From contig CAVUKB010000004.1 of assembly GCA_963741955.1 (NCBI GenBank), positions 128,001 through 192,000 on the forward strand: a stretch of DNA of 64,000 nucleotides, read 5' to 3'. Of this stretch, positions 33,931-45,581 are shown in pieces. The notes below the pieces were generated by a model, which searched no databases, was not told where the DNA came from, and worked only from the letters and a program-made list of their open reading frames with translations. Made by a program: the position numbers and the translations under genes. Source of the stretch: an uncultured Acidobacteriota bacterium (lineage in GTDB: Bacteria; Acidobacteriota; Thermoanaerobaculia; Gp7-AA8). Within the stretch, counting starts at the first letter, position 1, and the number at the start of each line of letters is the position of its first letter.

Positions 33931-36354
33931 GTCGACACGAAGAAGGACCTCTCGATCCTCGACGGGTTCGACCTCGCAAACTTCCGATCTGCGCGAACGG
34001 TCGCCGGCCGCTTCGACCCCGACCAGCGAAAGAAGCTCGGCGAGACCACGTGGAGCCTCGAGCCTGCAACCTGGACTGCGGTGCCCGGTTCGGTTCACGA
34101 AACGAAGTCGCGGACCCTCTCGCTCGAGGGGCTTCTCCCGAAGAAAGAGCTTTACGCATTCACCAGCGGGAACCGCACCGGCGACGGCGGAGCGACGCTT
34201 CACTACGACGAGAGTGATCGCCTGGTCGAGATCACGACGGCCCAACGACAGATTCTCTACGCCTATGACCCGCTCGACCGCCTCATCGGTCGAACGGTGA
34301 ACGTTCGCGAGTCCGCGGACGTGCCATGGGCGCTCGAGGACCGCACGACCGCGCTGGCGCGGGACGGACTCCCGCCGGCGGTGACGTTCGTATGGGATCC
34401 GATCGCCGACCGCCTCCTCGAGATTTTCGAGGCCGGGAAGGGGCCGAAGACGGCGACCGATCCGCCCAACCTCTACGCGGGGCTGATGCGGCAGTACATT
34501 CACGGAGATCAGGGCTACGACGATCCGATCGAAGTTCTCGCCGCGACCGAGCCCGGCGCACCGCCGAAGCGGTACCTCCCATTCATCGACCCGACCTCGG
34601 GCGGCTCGGTCACCGCGATCCTCGACGCGTCCGGGAACCTGGTCGAGCGCGTTCTCTACGCCGACAGCTATGGCGACGCTCCGCGCTACGTGGAGGGCCC
34701 GGTCATCGACGGGATCAAGGCCGAAGCCGCGAAGGACTCGGCCGGCAAGTTGGAGTCGATCCGGTTCCGCATCCACAGCTCCGAGGCGATCGACGCCGAT
34801 TCGATCGACGGCAATGTCGCGCTGGTCGTCAGAACGGGGAAGAACGTCGACGGAACGCCGATCGAGTCGGATTATCCGCTCGTGGCGAAAGCCGAGGGCG
34901 CGAACGTGGTCCTGGTCGAGCTGGATGCGACTCAGTGGGCGGATCTTGCCTCGGAGGCGACCGAGATTCGTCTCGAGGTCCGCTCGGGCCTCCGTTCTCC
35001 GGCCTGGGGCACGACCCCGGTCCAGCCCGCCCCCGCCTGGGCCACGAAGCTCTACGGTGTACAATCCTCGACGGCGACTCCGGTCGCCTGGAGCGAGTCG
35101 CTCGCGACTCTCTCCATGCTCATTGAGAATACATCGTCCGGGCAGAGCTCCGAGAAAACGCTCTACGAGATCCCCGATCTCTACCTCGCCGCGACCATCG
35201 ATTCGAAGACGAAACTCTTCACCGGGTTCAAGGCTGCACCGTTTGTCGAACCCGCCACGGGACTGGTCTACCTCCGCAATAGATGGTACGACCCTAGTAC
35301 CGGCACGTTCTTGACTCCGGATCCTGCCGGATACACCGACTCCTCGAACCTCTACGCGGCGTTCGCCAACGACCCGGTTAACAATTCGGACCCGTTAGGC
35401 CTAGAGAGTATCCGGCAATGGTTCGCCGCTGACGAGGACATTGCGGAAGGCGATTGGGCCTCGGGCTACGGGAAGAAGGGCGTTTACTTTGCTTGGAACG
35501 CTCTGACATTCGGATTCCTTGGCCGGCATGACGCAATTTACGAGGACTACGAGGCGTCCGGAGACACCGGGGCGTACGTCCGTGGGACGGGCGTTGAGAT
35601 TGGTCGAGCTGCCGTCATCGGGGTCGCTTCTTACTACACGGGTGGCCTCGCCGGAGGTTCGGCGACGACGTTCGGCGGGGCCGTTGTCCGAGGCGCTGCC
35701 GGAGGAGCCGCATCCGGCTTGGCAGTCACCGGCGCTGGCGATGTTTACGACCGGCTAACCGGCGGACCCGGAGCGACGTTTGAGGACTACGCAGCCGGAA
35801 TGACCGGTGGCGCGATCTTCGGCGGCGTTGCGGGAGGCATCAACTACCGGTTGACCTCAGGATCAGCCACTCCAACTGGACTAAGCCGTGGCGCTCGACT
35901 GCGCGCCAGGTACGGAAGTATCTCTCGCGAGGAACTCAATGCTCGCATCAACGCGCGCGGGGTCGAAAGTGCCATTCAGAAGAACGCTGAGCAATCCGCG
36001 GGTCTGGGGCGGCTTGATCGGACTCGTGGGTTGATCACGGAAGGACCTCAGGCGTTTGGGACTCGGGCCCATCTCTTCTTCGAACGTCTGAACAATCGTC
36101 TCGCCAGCCGGCTCGCCGGTACCGCGAGAATCACAACCGAAGAGTTCAGGAACCCGCTCGGCCGGGTGGTTTTCCCTCGCAGTGCGGGATCCATCGGGGC
36201 AGACGTCACCGTCAGAGGTTGGACGGGCGGTCCGCTCCAAGTCTTCGACCTCAAAACGTATGGCACGGTTCAGCGCCCAATCAGTGCGGCGCGCCAGCTT
36301 GAGTTCTTGGTTCGTTTTGGTGTCAGGGCGACCGAAATCTTCGTTCGGCGATAA
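33931..36354 (+). pseudogene. Orphan Rhs-C cassette with PD-(D/E)xK-like nuclease tip
   Basis: Third stem family (RNRWYDPSTGTFLTPDPAG...NSDPLG); tip FGTRAH...GADV.......VFDLK. Confidence 0.8.
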
Positions 36355-36370
36355 GGAGGTGTTCAAGTTG

Positions 36371-37039
36371 ATGACTCCGGACGAGCTATTCCGCTATGCT
36401 GACCAGAAGCTGGGGCCAGCACTCTCCGCTGAAGGTTTTTCGGTTGGCCAGAATGGCGAGTTTGTTCGCGAATCGAGTGAGGGGTTGGATCGGGTTCTTC
36501 TCGACACGGACAGCAGAAAGGCGAAATTTTATGTCGGGTTGAGCTTCTACCCTGCCGAGATGGAAGTTCTGACTGACTTCCTCGGCGGGGAGGACCGGGG
36601 ATTTCCCTGTGGTCCCTATCTTACCCCTGCTGGGGTCAGGCGCGGGAAATACCGATGGTCTTATCAGCCGCAACACCTCGAGTCGTCTATGAAGAAAGTT
36701 GAAGAACTTCTCCAGTCTGTCGGGCTTCCTTGGCTGCGTCAGCTACGGAATCCGGAGTTCTTTGCGGCAGAAGTTGATCCTGAGGCGTTATTTGATGCTG
36801 GTCTGGCTCATGAACGCGCTGGCCATCACGCCAAAGCCGGGGAGATTTACCTGCGGTTGTTCGATCGATTTCGCGAGATGCTCTCGTATGCCGGTGATGA
36901 TCTCGTCATGAGAGAATCGGGCAAGCGGTTTATCTTTGTCGCCGAGAAACTCGGAGTAGAACCCGAGAGGGTTCGCCGGTTCCGGGAGTACCACCAGTAC
37001 TGGAGGCCGATCCCTCGTCTCCGGGATTCGTCGAGCTGA
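36371..37039 (+). CDS. Putative immunity protein
   Basis: AGGAGG RBS overlapping toxin stop; start 36368 or 36371. Confidence 0.75.
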   Translation: MTPDELFRYADQKLGPALSAEGFSVGQNGEFVRESSEGLDRVLLDTDSRKAKFYVGLSFYPAEMEVLTDFLGGEDRGFPCGPYLTPAGVRRGKYRWSYQPQHLESSMKKVEELLQSVGLPWLRQLRNPEFFAAEVDPEALFDAGLAHERAGHHAKAGEIYLRLFDRFREMLSYAGDDLVMRESGKRFIFVAEKLGVEPERVRRFREYHQYWRPIPRLRDSSS

Positions 37040-37062
37040 AGTCTCCTGATGCGAGACAGACG

Positions 37063-37330
37063 TCCTCAGAAACTCCGTCCGGAAGGCTCGATGCTATTGA
37101 AGGCCATTGGGGTCACCCATTGGGGCGCATTGTCAAGGCGGGCGGAAAATGAGGCGCCGCCTTTTGAGGTCTTTCGGAAATCGAGTGGACTGAAAACGGA
37201 AGGTCCCGGCTATGGAAAGTGGAAAAGGCTCCCCGTCCTGCTCAGAAACTCCGAATTGACGGTTCGATGCTATTGAAGATGGCGAACGACATCACGATCC
37301 CGGAGGAATTCGACGGGCGACGGCTCCGAG
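37063..37330 (+). mobile_element. Possible IS end relics (IS1182/IS5-like)
   Basis: CTCAGAAACTC...CTATTGAAG occurs twice here and near 15210; followed by MANDITIPEEFDGRRLRDPVR. Confidence 0.35.
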
Positions 37331-37474
37331 ATCCGGTTCGAAGCGAGCAGACGGAAGCGCGATCGGGACAAAGGAGCCCGAAGGCGGTGGTGGTTTCGTC
37401 CTGCGGGCGATGTTCGAGCCAGGGTCCGAGGCGGACGCGGTGAACGGGTTTCGACTCGAACGCTCAGGCGACCA

Positions 37475-37858
37475 GGCGGTAATCGCGCTTGGGGGTCACA
37501 CCTTCGTCTCTCGCTTGTTCCTCTAAGTAACCGAATATACGCGGGTTGCGCGTCTGTTTGTCGCAGCGCCAAAGGAATAGAGCGCATGGAATAGCGAAGG
37601 AATAGGGTCACGCCTTCGCTCATCGGTTCTGCCGTCGGAGATCTCGACGGGACGCAGCCGTCGACACGAAGAAGGACCTCTCGATCCTCGACGGGTTCGA
37701 CCTCGCAAACTTCCGATCTGCGCGAACGGTCGCCGGCCGCTTCGACCCCGACCAGCGAAAGAAGCTCGGCGAGACCACGTGGAGCCTCGAGCCTGCAACC
37801 TGGACTGCGGTGCCCGGTTCGGTTCACGAAACGAAGTCGCAGACCCTCTCGCTCGAGG
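37475..37858 (+). repeat. Direct duplicate of 33746-34129 (motif leader plus start of Rhs-C), cut by IS66
   Basis: Near-exact sequence identity. Confidence 0.9.
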
Positions 37859-37922
37859 GTAACTCCTCGCCGTACCCCGTCTTGACTGCCGGAGGCGACG
37901 GCAGAGTGGTGGGTAGAGGTCG

Positions 37923-39425
37923 TTACGAGAGAAGTTCGGCGGGGAGAACGACGATCCCGGGATTGGCGATCGACTTCCTAAGGGCGTAACTGAGGTAGGC
38001 CTTCGGCTCGACGCCGTGGAGCTTGGCGGTCTCGATGAGGGTGTAGTAGAGCGCCGCGACCTCGGTGCCGCGCCGGCTTTTCGAGCCGTAGTGGTTCTTC
38101 CGTCCGACGACCAGACCGCGAAGGGCGCGCTCGGTCGCGTTGTTGTCGAGCGGGATCCGCGGGTCATCGATGAAGCGGGTCAGCCCTTCCCACATCCCAC
38201 GGGTGTAGGCGATCGCCTTTCCCAGCCCGCTCTGCGGAAGAGCCGGGGTGAGCGAGATCCGACTCCAGAATCTGCCGCACCACGCCACGCGAACGCGTCT
38301 GGCGCAACTCGAGACGCAGAGCATCGCCCTCGCGCCCCGCAGGTGCGAGGGCGTCGATCGCGTACAGCTCCCGAATCAGAGCGAGCATCTCGCCGCTCTC
38401 GGTGGGGAAGTTCTCTTCGGTCTCGATGAACTTGCGTCGGACGTGCGCCCAGCAGTGCACGACGATCAGATCGGGCGAACCCCGCGAGAGCGAGTCGTAC
38501 GCTCCGTAGCCGTCGGCCATCACGATCCCGCGAAATCCTTCGAGCACCGTGGCCGCCGCCTGGGTCGAGCGGCTGTCGAGAATCCGGTAGAAGCTCGCTT
38601 CTTCGCTCGTGACGTTCCAGACCCACCAGCGCTTGTTGGTGCGCTCTTCGCCCCGGCTCGTGAGCATCAGCCATCGCGTCTCGTCCGCCCCGACCACGTC
38701 CGCCGCGAGCACCATCTGCAGGATCGCATCGTAGGTCGGCAGCAACGATCGCGCTGCCGCTTCGATCTGATCCCACAGCGTCTGTGAGGTCACCACGAGC
38801 CCTTCGCGGCGCATGATCCGGCACTGCCGCTCGAGCGGAAGGTGATCGAGATACTTCTGGGTGATCACCTCCACCGTGAACCCGGTCCCATACCGCCCTC
38901 CGGGGATCAGCTTCGCCGGTCCGGGCGCCGTCACGACGCACCCGTTGCAGCCGCAGCGATACTTGCGACGCCGATGACGAACCAGGACGAACCGTCGCTC
39001 CACGACGTCGACCTCTTCCGACTCTTCGAACTGATCGCCGAGCGGTTCGAGCGACCCGCCACAGCTCGGGCACTGTTGCTCGCCCGGCGGCAGCTCGTGC
39101 TCTTCGCTCACCAGTTCGAGCTCCGGCTGTTCGGTCGGACCATGACCCTTCCGAGGCTTTTCTTCCGCGCCCTCCTCGGAGCTCTTCTCGTCAGACTTGC
39201 GCTTCTCCGACGAGCGGCCGAAGATCCTCCGCTCACGCATCGCGAGCAGCTCGCGGAGCATCTCGATCTCGGCCTGCGCCTTCGATGCGATCCGATTCCT
39301 TTGAGACGACTCAGCTCTTCAGTGGCAATACGGAGCTTGTCGATCAGGCGGGTGTTCTCGTCCGAGAGAAGAAGGGCGATCTGCCGTAGAACTTCCGGAT
39401 CACTCTCCCTCTCAATCGGCCGCAC
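37923..39425 (-). pseudogene. tnpC: IS66 transposase TnpC (two frameshifts)
   Basis: FGRSSEK, CPSCG, KYLDHLPLERQ, ADET, CWAHVRRKF, DNNATERALR spread over three frames. Confidence 0.9.
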
Positions 39426-39471
39426 GAGTATGTATTATGCAGATATACACCGCTCCTTCAAGGGCTTTCTG

Positions 39472-39846
39472 TTACAAGTGTGTACGTTGTGTGTGAACTG
39501 TGTATAGAGGCGGAGACAGAGGGAGCCGGCCGCGCAGTTCCATCCCTTCGAGAAGCAGTTGCAGCTCACTCGTGGTCAGCTGCAAAGGTCCTTCCGCACC
39601 GCAGCTCCAGGGCGCGCTGAACCGGCCCTGCTCGAGCCGCTTCGCATACACGCACAGTCCCGTTCCATCCCAGAGCAGAACCTTCGCTCGCTTCCGGTTC
39701 CGGCTCACGAACAGATACAGCTCGCCGGAGAGCGGATCTTCTCCGATCTTCTCCCGCACGATCGCCGCCAACCCATCGAACGACTTCCGCATGTCCACCG
39801 GCTCGTCGTACGCCAGTACCCGCACGCTGCGGGAGCCCGTGATCAC
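39472..39846 (-). CDS. tnpB: IS66 accessory protein TnpB
   Basis: PVDMRKSFDGL, KVLLWDGTG, KRLEQGRF. Confidence 0.92.
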   Translation of the reverse strand: MITGSRSVRVLAYDEPVDMRKSFDGLAAIVREKIGEDPLSGELYLFVSRNRKRAKVLLWDGTGLCVYAKRLEQGRFSAPWSCGAEGPLQLTTSELQLLLEGMELRGRLPLSPPLYTVHTQRTHL

Positions 39847-40202
39847 CCGACTCTCCGCAGCAGCTCTGCCAGTCCGTCGAGGGTCAGCCCCTCGACTCGA
39901 ATCCCGGAAGGCGTGATCACGATCGCGGATGACGCCCGGAGCTCATCAGATGCTCCCGATCCCGCCTCGACCAACTCCACGGCCCGGAAGCTCCCGCCCC
40001 GCCGCTGCTCCCACTTCGCGAACGTGTAGCGGTTCACTCCGAGCTCCTCTGCGATCTCCGAATCGCTCTTGCCTTCGGCCCGCGCCTGTCGCGCGTAGAG
40101 CACCGCACGTTCCCTCAGCTCTCGCGGATACCGCCGACGCTCTCGCCGCCGGCTCTGCCGCTCCAGCTCGCGCCGCAGCTTCTTCACTTCCCGATCGATC
40201 AT
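39843..40202 (-). CDS. tnpA: IS66 TnpA HTH protein
   Basis: RRRYPRELRERAV...IAEELGV...TPSGIRVE. Confidence 0.8.
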   Translation of the reverse strand: MIDREVKKLRRELERQSRRRERRRYPRELRERAVLYARQARAEGKSDSEIAEELGVNRYTFAKWEQRRGGSFRAVELVEAGSGASDELRASSAIVITPSGIRVEGLTLDGLAELLRRVG

Positions 40203-40275
40203 CGTCCGCTCCTTTCCCGGAGAAGACTGACCGATCCGCTGCCTCAACGCCAGACGGGGTACGGCGAGGAGTTAC

Positions 40276-42934
40276 CATCAACCTCCTCGGCGTCTCGAAC
40301 GGCGCGCGTCATTCGCGTTTCGCATACGACGCCAGGAGCCGCCTCGCCGGGTCGATCTACGGGACGACGACCGACGCACAACCGTCCGTCGGCGCTCCGA
40401 GCACCGGGCAGTCCACCGAAGACCTGACCCCCGCCGACTTCCGCTCCGGGCAGGAGCGGACGCCGCAGCTTGACGCGACGGCGCGCTCAGTTCTCGCCTC
40501 GCGCGGGATTGACCTCTCGCTCCTCGACCCGCCGTCGATGACGGCCACCGAGTCGGCGGCGGGACACAAGATCGAATCGATCAGCAGCGGCTCCACGACC
40601 GAGACGCTCCACTACCCGCAGTCGCAGAGAACCGAAGATGGGAGCTTCGTCTACGAGTGGGATGAGAAGGGGAGACTGACGAGCGTCACCGAGAAGCCCA
40701 CCTCCGCGAACGGGGAGATCCGGCGGATCCTGTACGACTACGACGGCAACGACCGACTCGTCGGACGGCGCGCGGAGATGGCCGAGGTTACCGATCCCGC
40801 GGCGGACCCGGACACACTCTCCTGGGAGCCGGCTCGGATCTCTCCCACCATCTCTGCTGCGTTGGCGGATAGCGGCCTGTCTGCTGCGTTGCGCTTGCTT
40901 CGGCTCCTCGACATAGTCACCACTATGCCTTCGTCGTCGAAGCTGCGCACGCCTTGCATCCAGACCCCTCTCCACCTTCTCGCGACGAGACGGTGAGAGA
41001 AATCCGAGCTCGAGGCCCGTCCCGACGTCCTCGCGAGCGACGGGCTTCCGGCGGACGTCACGCTCGTGTGGGATCCGCTGTCCGATACGCTCGTCTCCAT
41101 CTTCAAGGCGGGGGCGAGCCGGAACGCATCGATCGATGCGAACGGCGGGCTCCTCGCGCAGTTCGTCCACGGCGGGCTCTCGTACGACGACCCGATCGAG
41201 ACCACCCGCGTTTCCACGCGCCCGGGCACGACTGGCAGCGAGATCGACCGCTTCTATCCGGTCTACGACGAGGCCGGGACGGGGAATCTCGACGCGGTGC
41301 TGAACGCGAGCGGCGAGATCGTCGCGCGCAACGTGCCGAACGATCCGTTCGGCGCGCACGAGCTCGATTTGAGCGGCGCCGCGGTCGACCGGATCGCAAT
41401 CAGCGCCGAAAAGGACCACGACGGCAACCTCACTACGGTGGAGGTCACGGTGCGGACCACCGAGGCGCTGAGCGCGCCGACGCTCGCAGCGGGTCTGCGG
41501 CTCGCGGCTGTGGACGGCGGGGGAGCGGTGGTAAGATCGTCGGGCGCAATACCGCAGCTCATTGACAACGATCCGTACTCGGCACGCTTCACGCTGACGG
41601 CGGCGCAATGGGCCGCACTGACGGATGCGGCCCCGGTGGGGACGCTCACGCCGGCGGCGCTGTCGGTCGCGGTGACGAAGGAGCTCCGGGCCGCGGCGTG
41701 GGGAGCGGACGTTCCGATCCTCCCGGCGCCCGACTGGGCGACGGCGACGCAACCGGTGACGAGCTCCGGCAATCTTCCGGTCGAAGTGCGCGAGTCGCTC
41801 TCGAGCCTTTCGAGCTGGCTCGCAGGGGTTCCGGCGGACGGCGACGACAGGAAGACGCTCTACGAGGTCGACTCGCTCGCCCTCCTCGCCTCGGCGGCGC
41901 CGGTCTCGGGCGGCGGCGAGAGCCCGATGGGCGCGATGCTCACGGCGCGCTTTCAGGCCCAGCCCTTCACCGAGCCCCTCACCCGCCACAACTACGTCCG
42001 CGCGAGATGGTACGACCCGGAGACCGGGACGTGGCTCTCGCCCGATCCCATGGGGTACCGCGACAGCTCGAACCTCTATGCGTTCGCAGGCGGGGATCCA
42101 GTCAATGGGAGGGATCCGAGGGGAGAGGGGGATCCCCGCGTGCGACTCCCAGCCCAACTCGATCCTAGTCACGGAATGTTGGCATCGTCGGCGCCGATCC
42201 GGCCGGCGCTCACGAAGGTGACGGCGATTTGCGTCTCTTGCGTACTCAAGAGACTGCGTGACGCCATTTTCGAGTGGGAAGCGCAGCGTCAACAGAGCCT
42301 TCGAAGAAGACAGATAGAAGACCGGATTCGCGCGGAGAGGTTCTTAGCCAATTGGTTTCATCTTTCTCCCGAAGAAGCGAGAGATCAGCTTGATTTCTTG
42401 GAAACCGTCGGCCAAGTAGGGAACCTCATGATCGGCGTGGGTAAGGTCGGACCGGAAGTCCCGATCTCGGGCGAACTCGGGCTGAGCGCAGAAACGGAAG
42501 GAGTCGCAGCGGTTCCCAACAGTGGCCTTGATGTGGTCCCAAGACCGAACATGCCGGTGCGGAGAGTTCAAGATCCGATGGGACGTATTGTAACCGTCTG
42601 GGGACAGGCAGAGCACGCTTCGTCGAAAACTCCCGGTCATGCCGAGGCGATCAATCAGACCGTCGACGAAATGATCTCCAGCGGCGAATACGAGTACATT
42701 ACTATTCAACGGAGCTGGCGGACCGCGACAGGGAGAGTCGGGGAAAGCGCCCGCATTCCTGACATCATCGGTGTTCGACGAACCGGCGAGGTTGATGCGA
42801 TCGAGATCATGTCCAAGACAGATACCGAACTCGGATTACAGGAGAGGCTGCAAAAAGCGATGGAATCAGTGCCGGAGTCGCGAAGAGGATTCATATCGGT
42901 GCGACCTCCGTTAGACGGAGGGGGTGGATGGTAA
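40276..42934 (+). pseudogene. Orphan Rhs-B cassette (MITE-interrupted) with PD-(D/E)xK-like tip
   Basis: Stem as at 25266 onward; tip RIPDIIGVRRTGEVDAIEIMSKTD. Confidence 0.8.
40830..41009. mobile_element. Second MITE copy at the same stem position
   Basis: Near-identical to 12329-12510. Confidence 0.85.
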
Positions 42935-43695
42935 CGGAGAGTTCGGTTGCAGTGGTAGCAGCTCTGTATGGCATACAGAATCCGGCGGTTGATTCCTATA
43001 CCGACATCATCGTTCGTTGGCTGCGCGCGCGCGGCCTGAATTTCGACAAGGCCGTAATAACGTTAGCGTCGGGGGATACCTTAAGCGGCCGGTTCGAGGA
43101 CGTGTTCTCGAAGTCGCGTCCCTGTCGTCAGTACTTGGACGTTAGCCTTTACATCCTGCTGCCAGACGCACGTGTAATGGCTCGGGATCATCTGGTGGCA
43201 CTGGTTTATTCCAAACGCCTCGATTGCGTTGCGTTGTCGGTCCGCCGGTCCGTGGTCAGTTTCGACGCGGATGAGTGGCGCGCAATCGTAGGAGACCTTG
43301 TCACGTTGGTACGACCTTGGTACGGAATCGCTTACGAACGTCCCGCTCACCTTGGCCCGGTAATGTTTGCGATCGGCATTTCGCAGGGCTTGGGTTTCGC
43401 ATCAGAGGATCTGAAGGCCGCCTCAGAAATTTCACGATGGGGTTCAACAGGCCTTCGTGAGAAGGTGTACATGAAAGGATTGCTGCGCGATGTATACCGG
43501 TGGAACATCCTCTCAGAGGTGCACCTAAATTCTCGGGTCGGCGGGATGGCCTTGGATGAATGGATCAAGAACGGCCAAGGCACCCGCGGAGCCGTCGACG
43601 TGCTTGCAGATGGAAGATGGTTGTGGCGTGTACCGCCCGAAGGTCTTGACGCGATGAGGCGAGCTTTGCGCGGCGAGGGCCTATTATGGGTTTAG
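42928..43695 (+). CDS. Putative immunity protein (255 aa)
   Basis: Overlaps toxin stop; LRDVY.WN.LS..HL, G.WLW.V. Confidence 0.75.
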   Translation: MVTESSVAVVAALYGIQNPAVDSYTDIIVRWLRARGLNFDKAVITLASGDTLSGRFEDVFSKSRPCRQYLDVSLYILLPDARVMARDHLVALVYSKRLDCVALSVRRSVVSFDADEWRAIVGDLVTLVRPWYGIAYERPAHLGPVMFAIGISQGLGFASEDLKAASEISRWGSTGLREKVYMKGLLRDVYRWNILSEVHLNSRVGGMALDEWIKNGQGTRGAVDVLADGRWLWRVPPEGLDAMRRALRGEGLLWV

Positions 43696-43716
43696 GGGAA
43701 TCGTGATCGGAAGATC

Positions 43717-44270
43717 GGGGCCAGGCCTTCGATTCTCGCTTGCAGGTGTAAGCGACTCGATGGTCTGTAGTTAGCGACACGGTGACTTTGACTCTGAACG
43801 GAGAAAGCGGGGTGAGCGCGTCGCTTCTCGGATAATTCGTAAGATGCTCGATCGAATGCGGCGTAGTGGACTGGTGTCGATGAAGATCGGAACGGATTCG
43901 GCCTCCGTCTCGTGGCGAAACCTGGACCGGGCGTCACTTGGAACGAGGCTCCGCCAGGGCGAATCGTGAAGAGTGGTCAGTCTTCAGGCCGATCGCGCCC
44001 GCCTCAGAACGGTGGTGGGCCGGCTGAGTCGCGGATGATGTCCGGGGGCGGGAGCATCGGCCAGATCGGGACGGGCCGCTTCGGAGCGGATTCGGGGACT
44101 CCGGCCTGAAGCGACGCGAGGCACTGGTCGGCGAGAACGCGAAGGAACGGATCATTCGCGAGCTCGCGCTCGCAACGCGAGATCACGTTCGAGACATGCC
44201 CGGTGCTGCCGAGGCGCAGGGTGGCCGCGATCGGGCGAAGCCGTTCGGCGCTCTCGTAGCGCCCGAGCCA
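43717..44270. mobile_element. GGGG(T/C)CA motif block plus Y1 transposase C-terminal relic (44004-44270, minus)
   Basis: Homologous to 15395-15950; TAA-N19-TTA at 43749-43773. Confidence 0.7.
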
Positions 44271-44380
44271 CGATGATCGAGGCCATTCTCGGCTCAGCCC
44301 CTCCCGCGGCACGCCTTATCCGAGGTGCCTTCGGACGGCGGCGGAGTTTCTCATCGGTAAGGCCTGATCTCGACTCTCCA

Positions 44381-44641
44381 CTATTCGTACGCTTTGCTGC
44401 GATGGCGTATCCGCACGATGTCGACGGCCCTTTTTCTGTCATCAATCGCGTAGATAACGCGCCAGTCGCCCGCGCGAATGCGCCACAGATCGAGCGCACC
44501 TTTGAGCTTCTTCACGCCTGGAGGACGCGGATTGCTCGATAGTGCGGCGATCTTCGCTTCGATCCGTGATGCGATCGTCGGCGCGAGCTCGTCGAATTCT
44601 TTCGCTGCCGATGGCTTGACGGTGATGCGGTATTCAGCCAC
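44381..44641 (-). CDS. relE: RelE/ParE-family toxin
   Basis: YRITVKPSAAKEF...NPRPPGVKKLKG..LWRIRAGDWRVIY. Confidence 0.9.
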   Translation of the reverse strand: MAEYRITVKPSAAKEFDELAPTIASRIEAKIAALSSNPRPPGVKKLKGALDLWRIRAGDWRVIYAIDDRKRAVDIVRIRHRSKAYE

Positions 44642-44828
44642 GCGCCTGCCGTCGGCGTCGTGCAAGCCGGCGTCGGACGACATCGAATGGGATGCTCTTC
44701 TCCGCCTGGCGCTCCTCGGCGACGAGCTGATCGTAGAAATCCTCCCACGCATCGCCGTACAGATCGAGGTCGATCAGGACGGCGACCTTTTTGCCCTTGT
44801 CGTCGGTCACGAAGTGAATCCCTTCCAT
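44634..44828 (-). CDS. Cognate antitoxin
   Basis: 64 aa, FVTDDKGKKVAVLIDL, overlaps toxin start. Confidence 0.8.
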   Translation of the reverse strand: MEGIHFVTDDKGKKVAVLIDLDLYGDAWEDFYDQLVAEERQAEKSIPFDVVRRRLARRRRQARG

Positions 44829-44928
44829 CTCATCTCCCGAGTCGGTCGTTCGCCGAAGCTTTCGCCATCCGGTGTGTACAACATGATCGCACGAATGAGG
44901 CTTCCCGGGACGCACTCCACGTGAAATC

Positions 44929-45153
44929 GACCTGACCCCCGCCGACTTCCGCTCCGGCCAGGAGCGCATGCCGCAGCTCGACTCGGCGACGCGCTCGGTT
45001 CTCGCCTCGCGCGGGATCGACCTCTCGCTCCTCGACCCGCCGTCGATGACGGCCACCGAGTCGGCGGCGGGACACAAGATCGAATCGATGACCAGCGGCT
45101 CCACGACCGAGACGCTCCACTACCCGCAGTCGCAGAGAACCGAGGATGAGAAG
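44929..45153 (+). pseudogene. Isolated ~225-bp Rhs-B stem fragment between outward-facing motifs
   Basis: DLTPADFR...YPQSQRTED; begins at GACCTGACCCC and is followed by GGGGTCAGGTCTTCG at 45158. Confidence 0.8.
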
Positions 45154-45157
45154 AATT

Positions 45158-45350
45158 GGGGTCAGGTCTTCGTCTCTCGCATGCTTCCGTTAAACCACTG
45201 TGGAAGCGTCACTTCGACTCATCCCATCGCGCCGTGGATTGTACGGCATCCACGCCGACGCCAGCCGTTCCTGCCTCCGCTCACCCTCCTCGAGACCCGT
45301 CTCCGATTCTACGAGGGGTAGAACCTCGGTATTTCGCGAAAGCCGAGGTA
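45158..45350 (+). mobile_element. GGGGTCA element end carrying the transposase upstream region
   Basis: ATTCTACGAGGGGTAGAACCTCGGTATTTCG matches the minus strand of ~52045-52087. Confidence 0.65.
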
Positions 45351-45581
45351 CTGTGGGGGTCAAAAACGATTGTCACGTCGGATTAGGAGTGTCGAAGTGG
45401 CGAGAGAGGCGTGCGAGAGGGAGCTCCGCCGACTCGGTCGATCGTCTTTCAAGGCGAGGCCGGATCGAATTGTCGCCATTCGAGGCGGTGATCCGCTGAG
45501 GATCTGACGTGGAGGTAGCGCTTTCGCTCTCGGCCTGGTCGGCCGCGGCGGATGATCTTTGAAAAGCAGTTCGGTCTGACG

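Larger units (their letters stand above)
37859..40275 (-). mobile_element. IS66-family element
   Basis: IRs GTAACTCCTCGCCGTACCCCGTC; tnpA-tnpB-tnpC order; no TSD. Confidence 0.92.
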
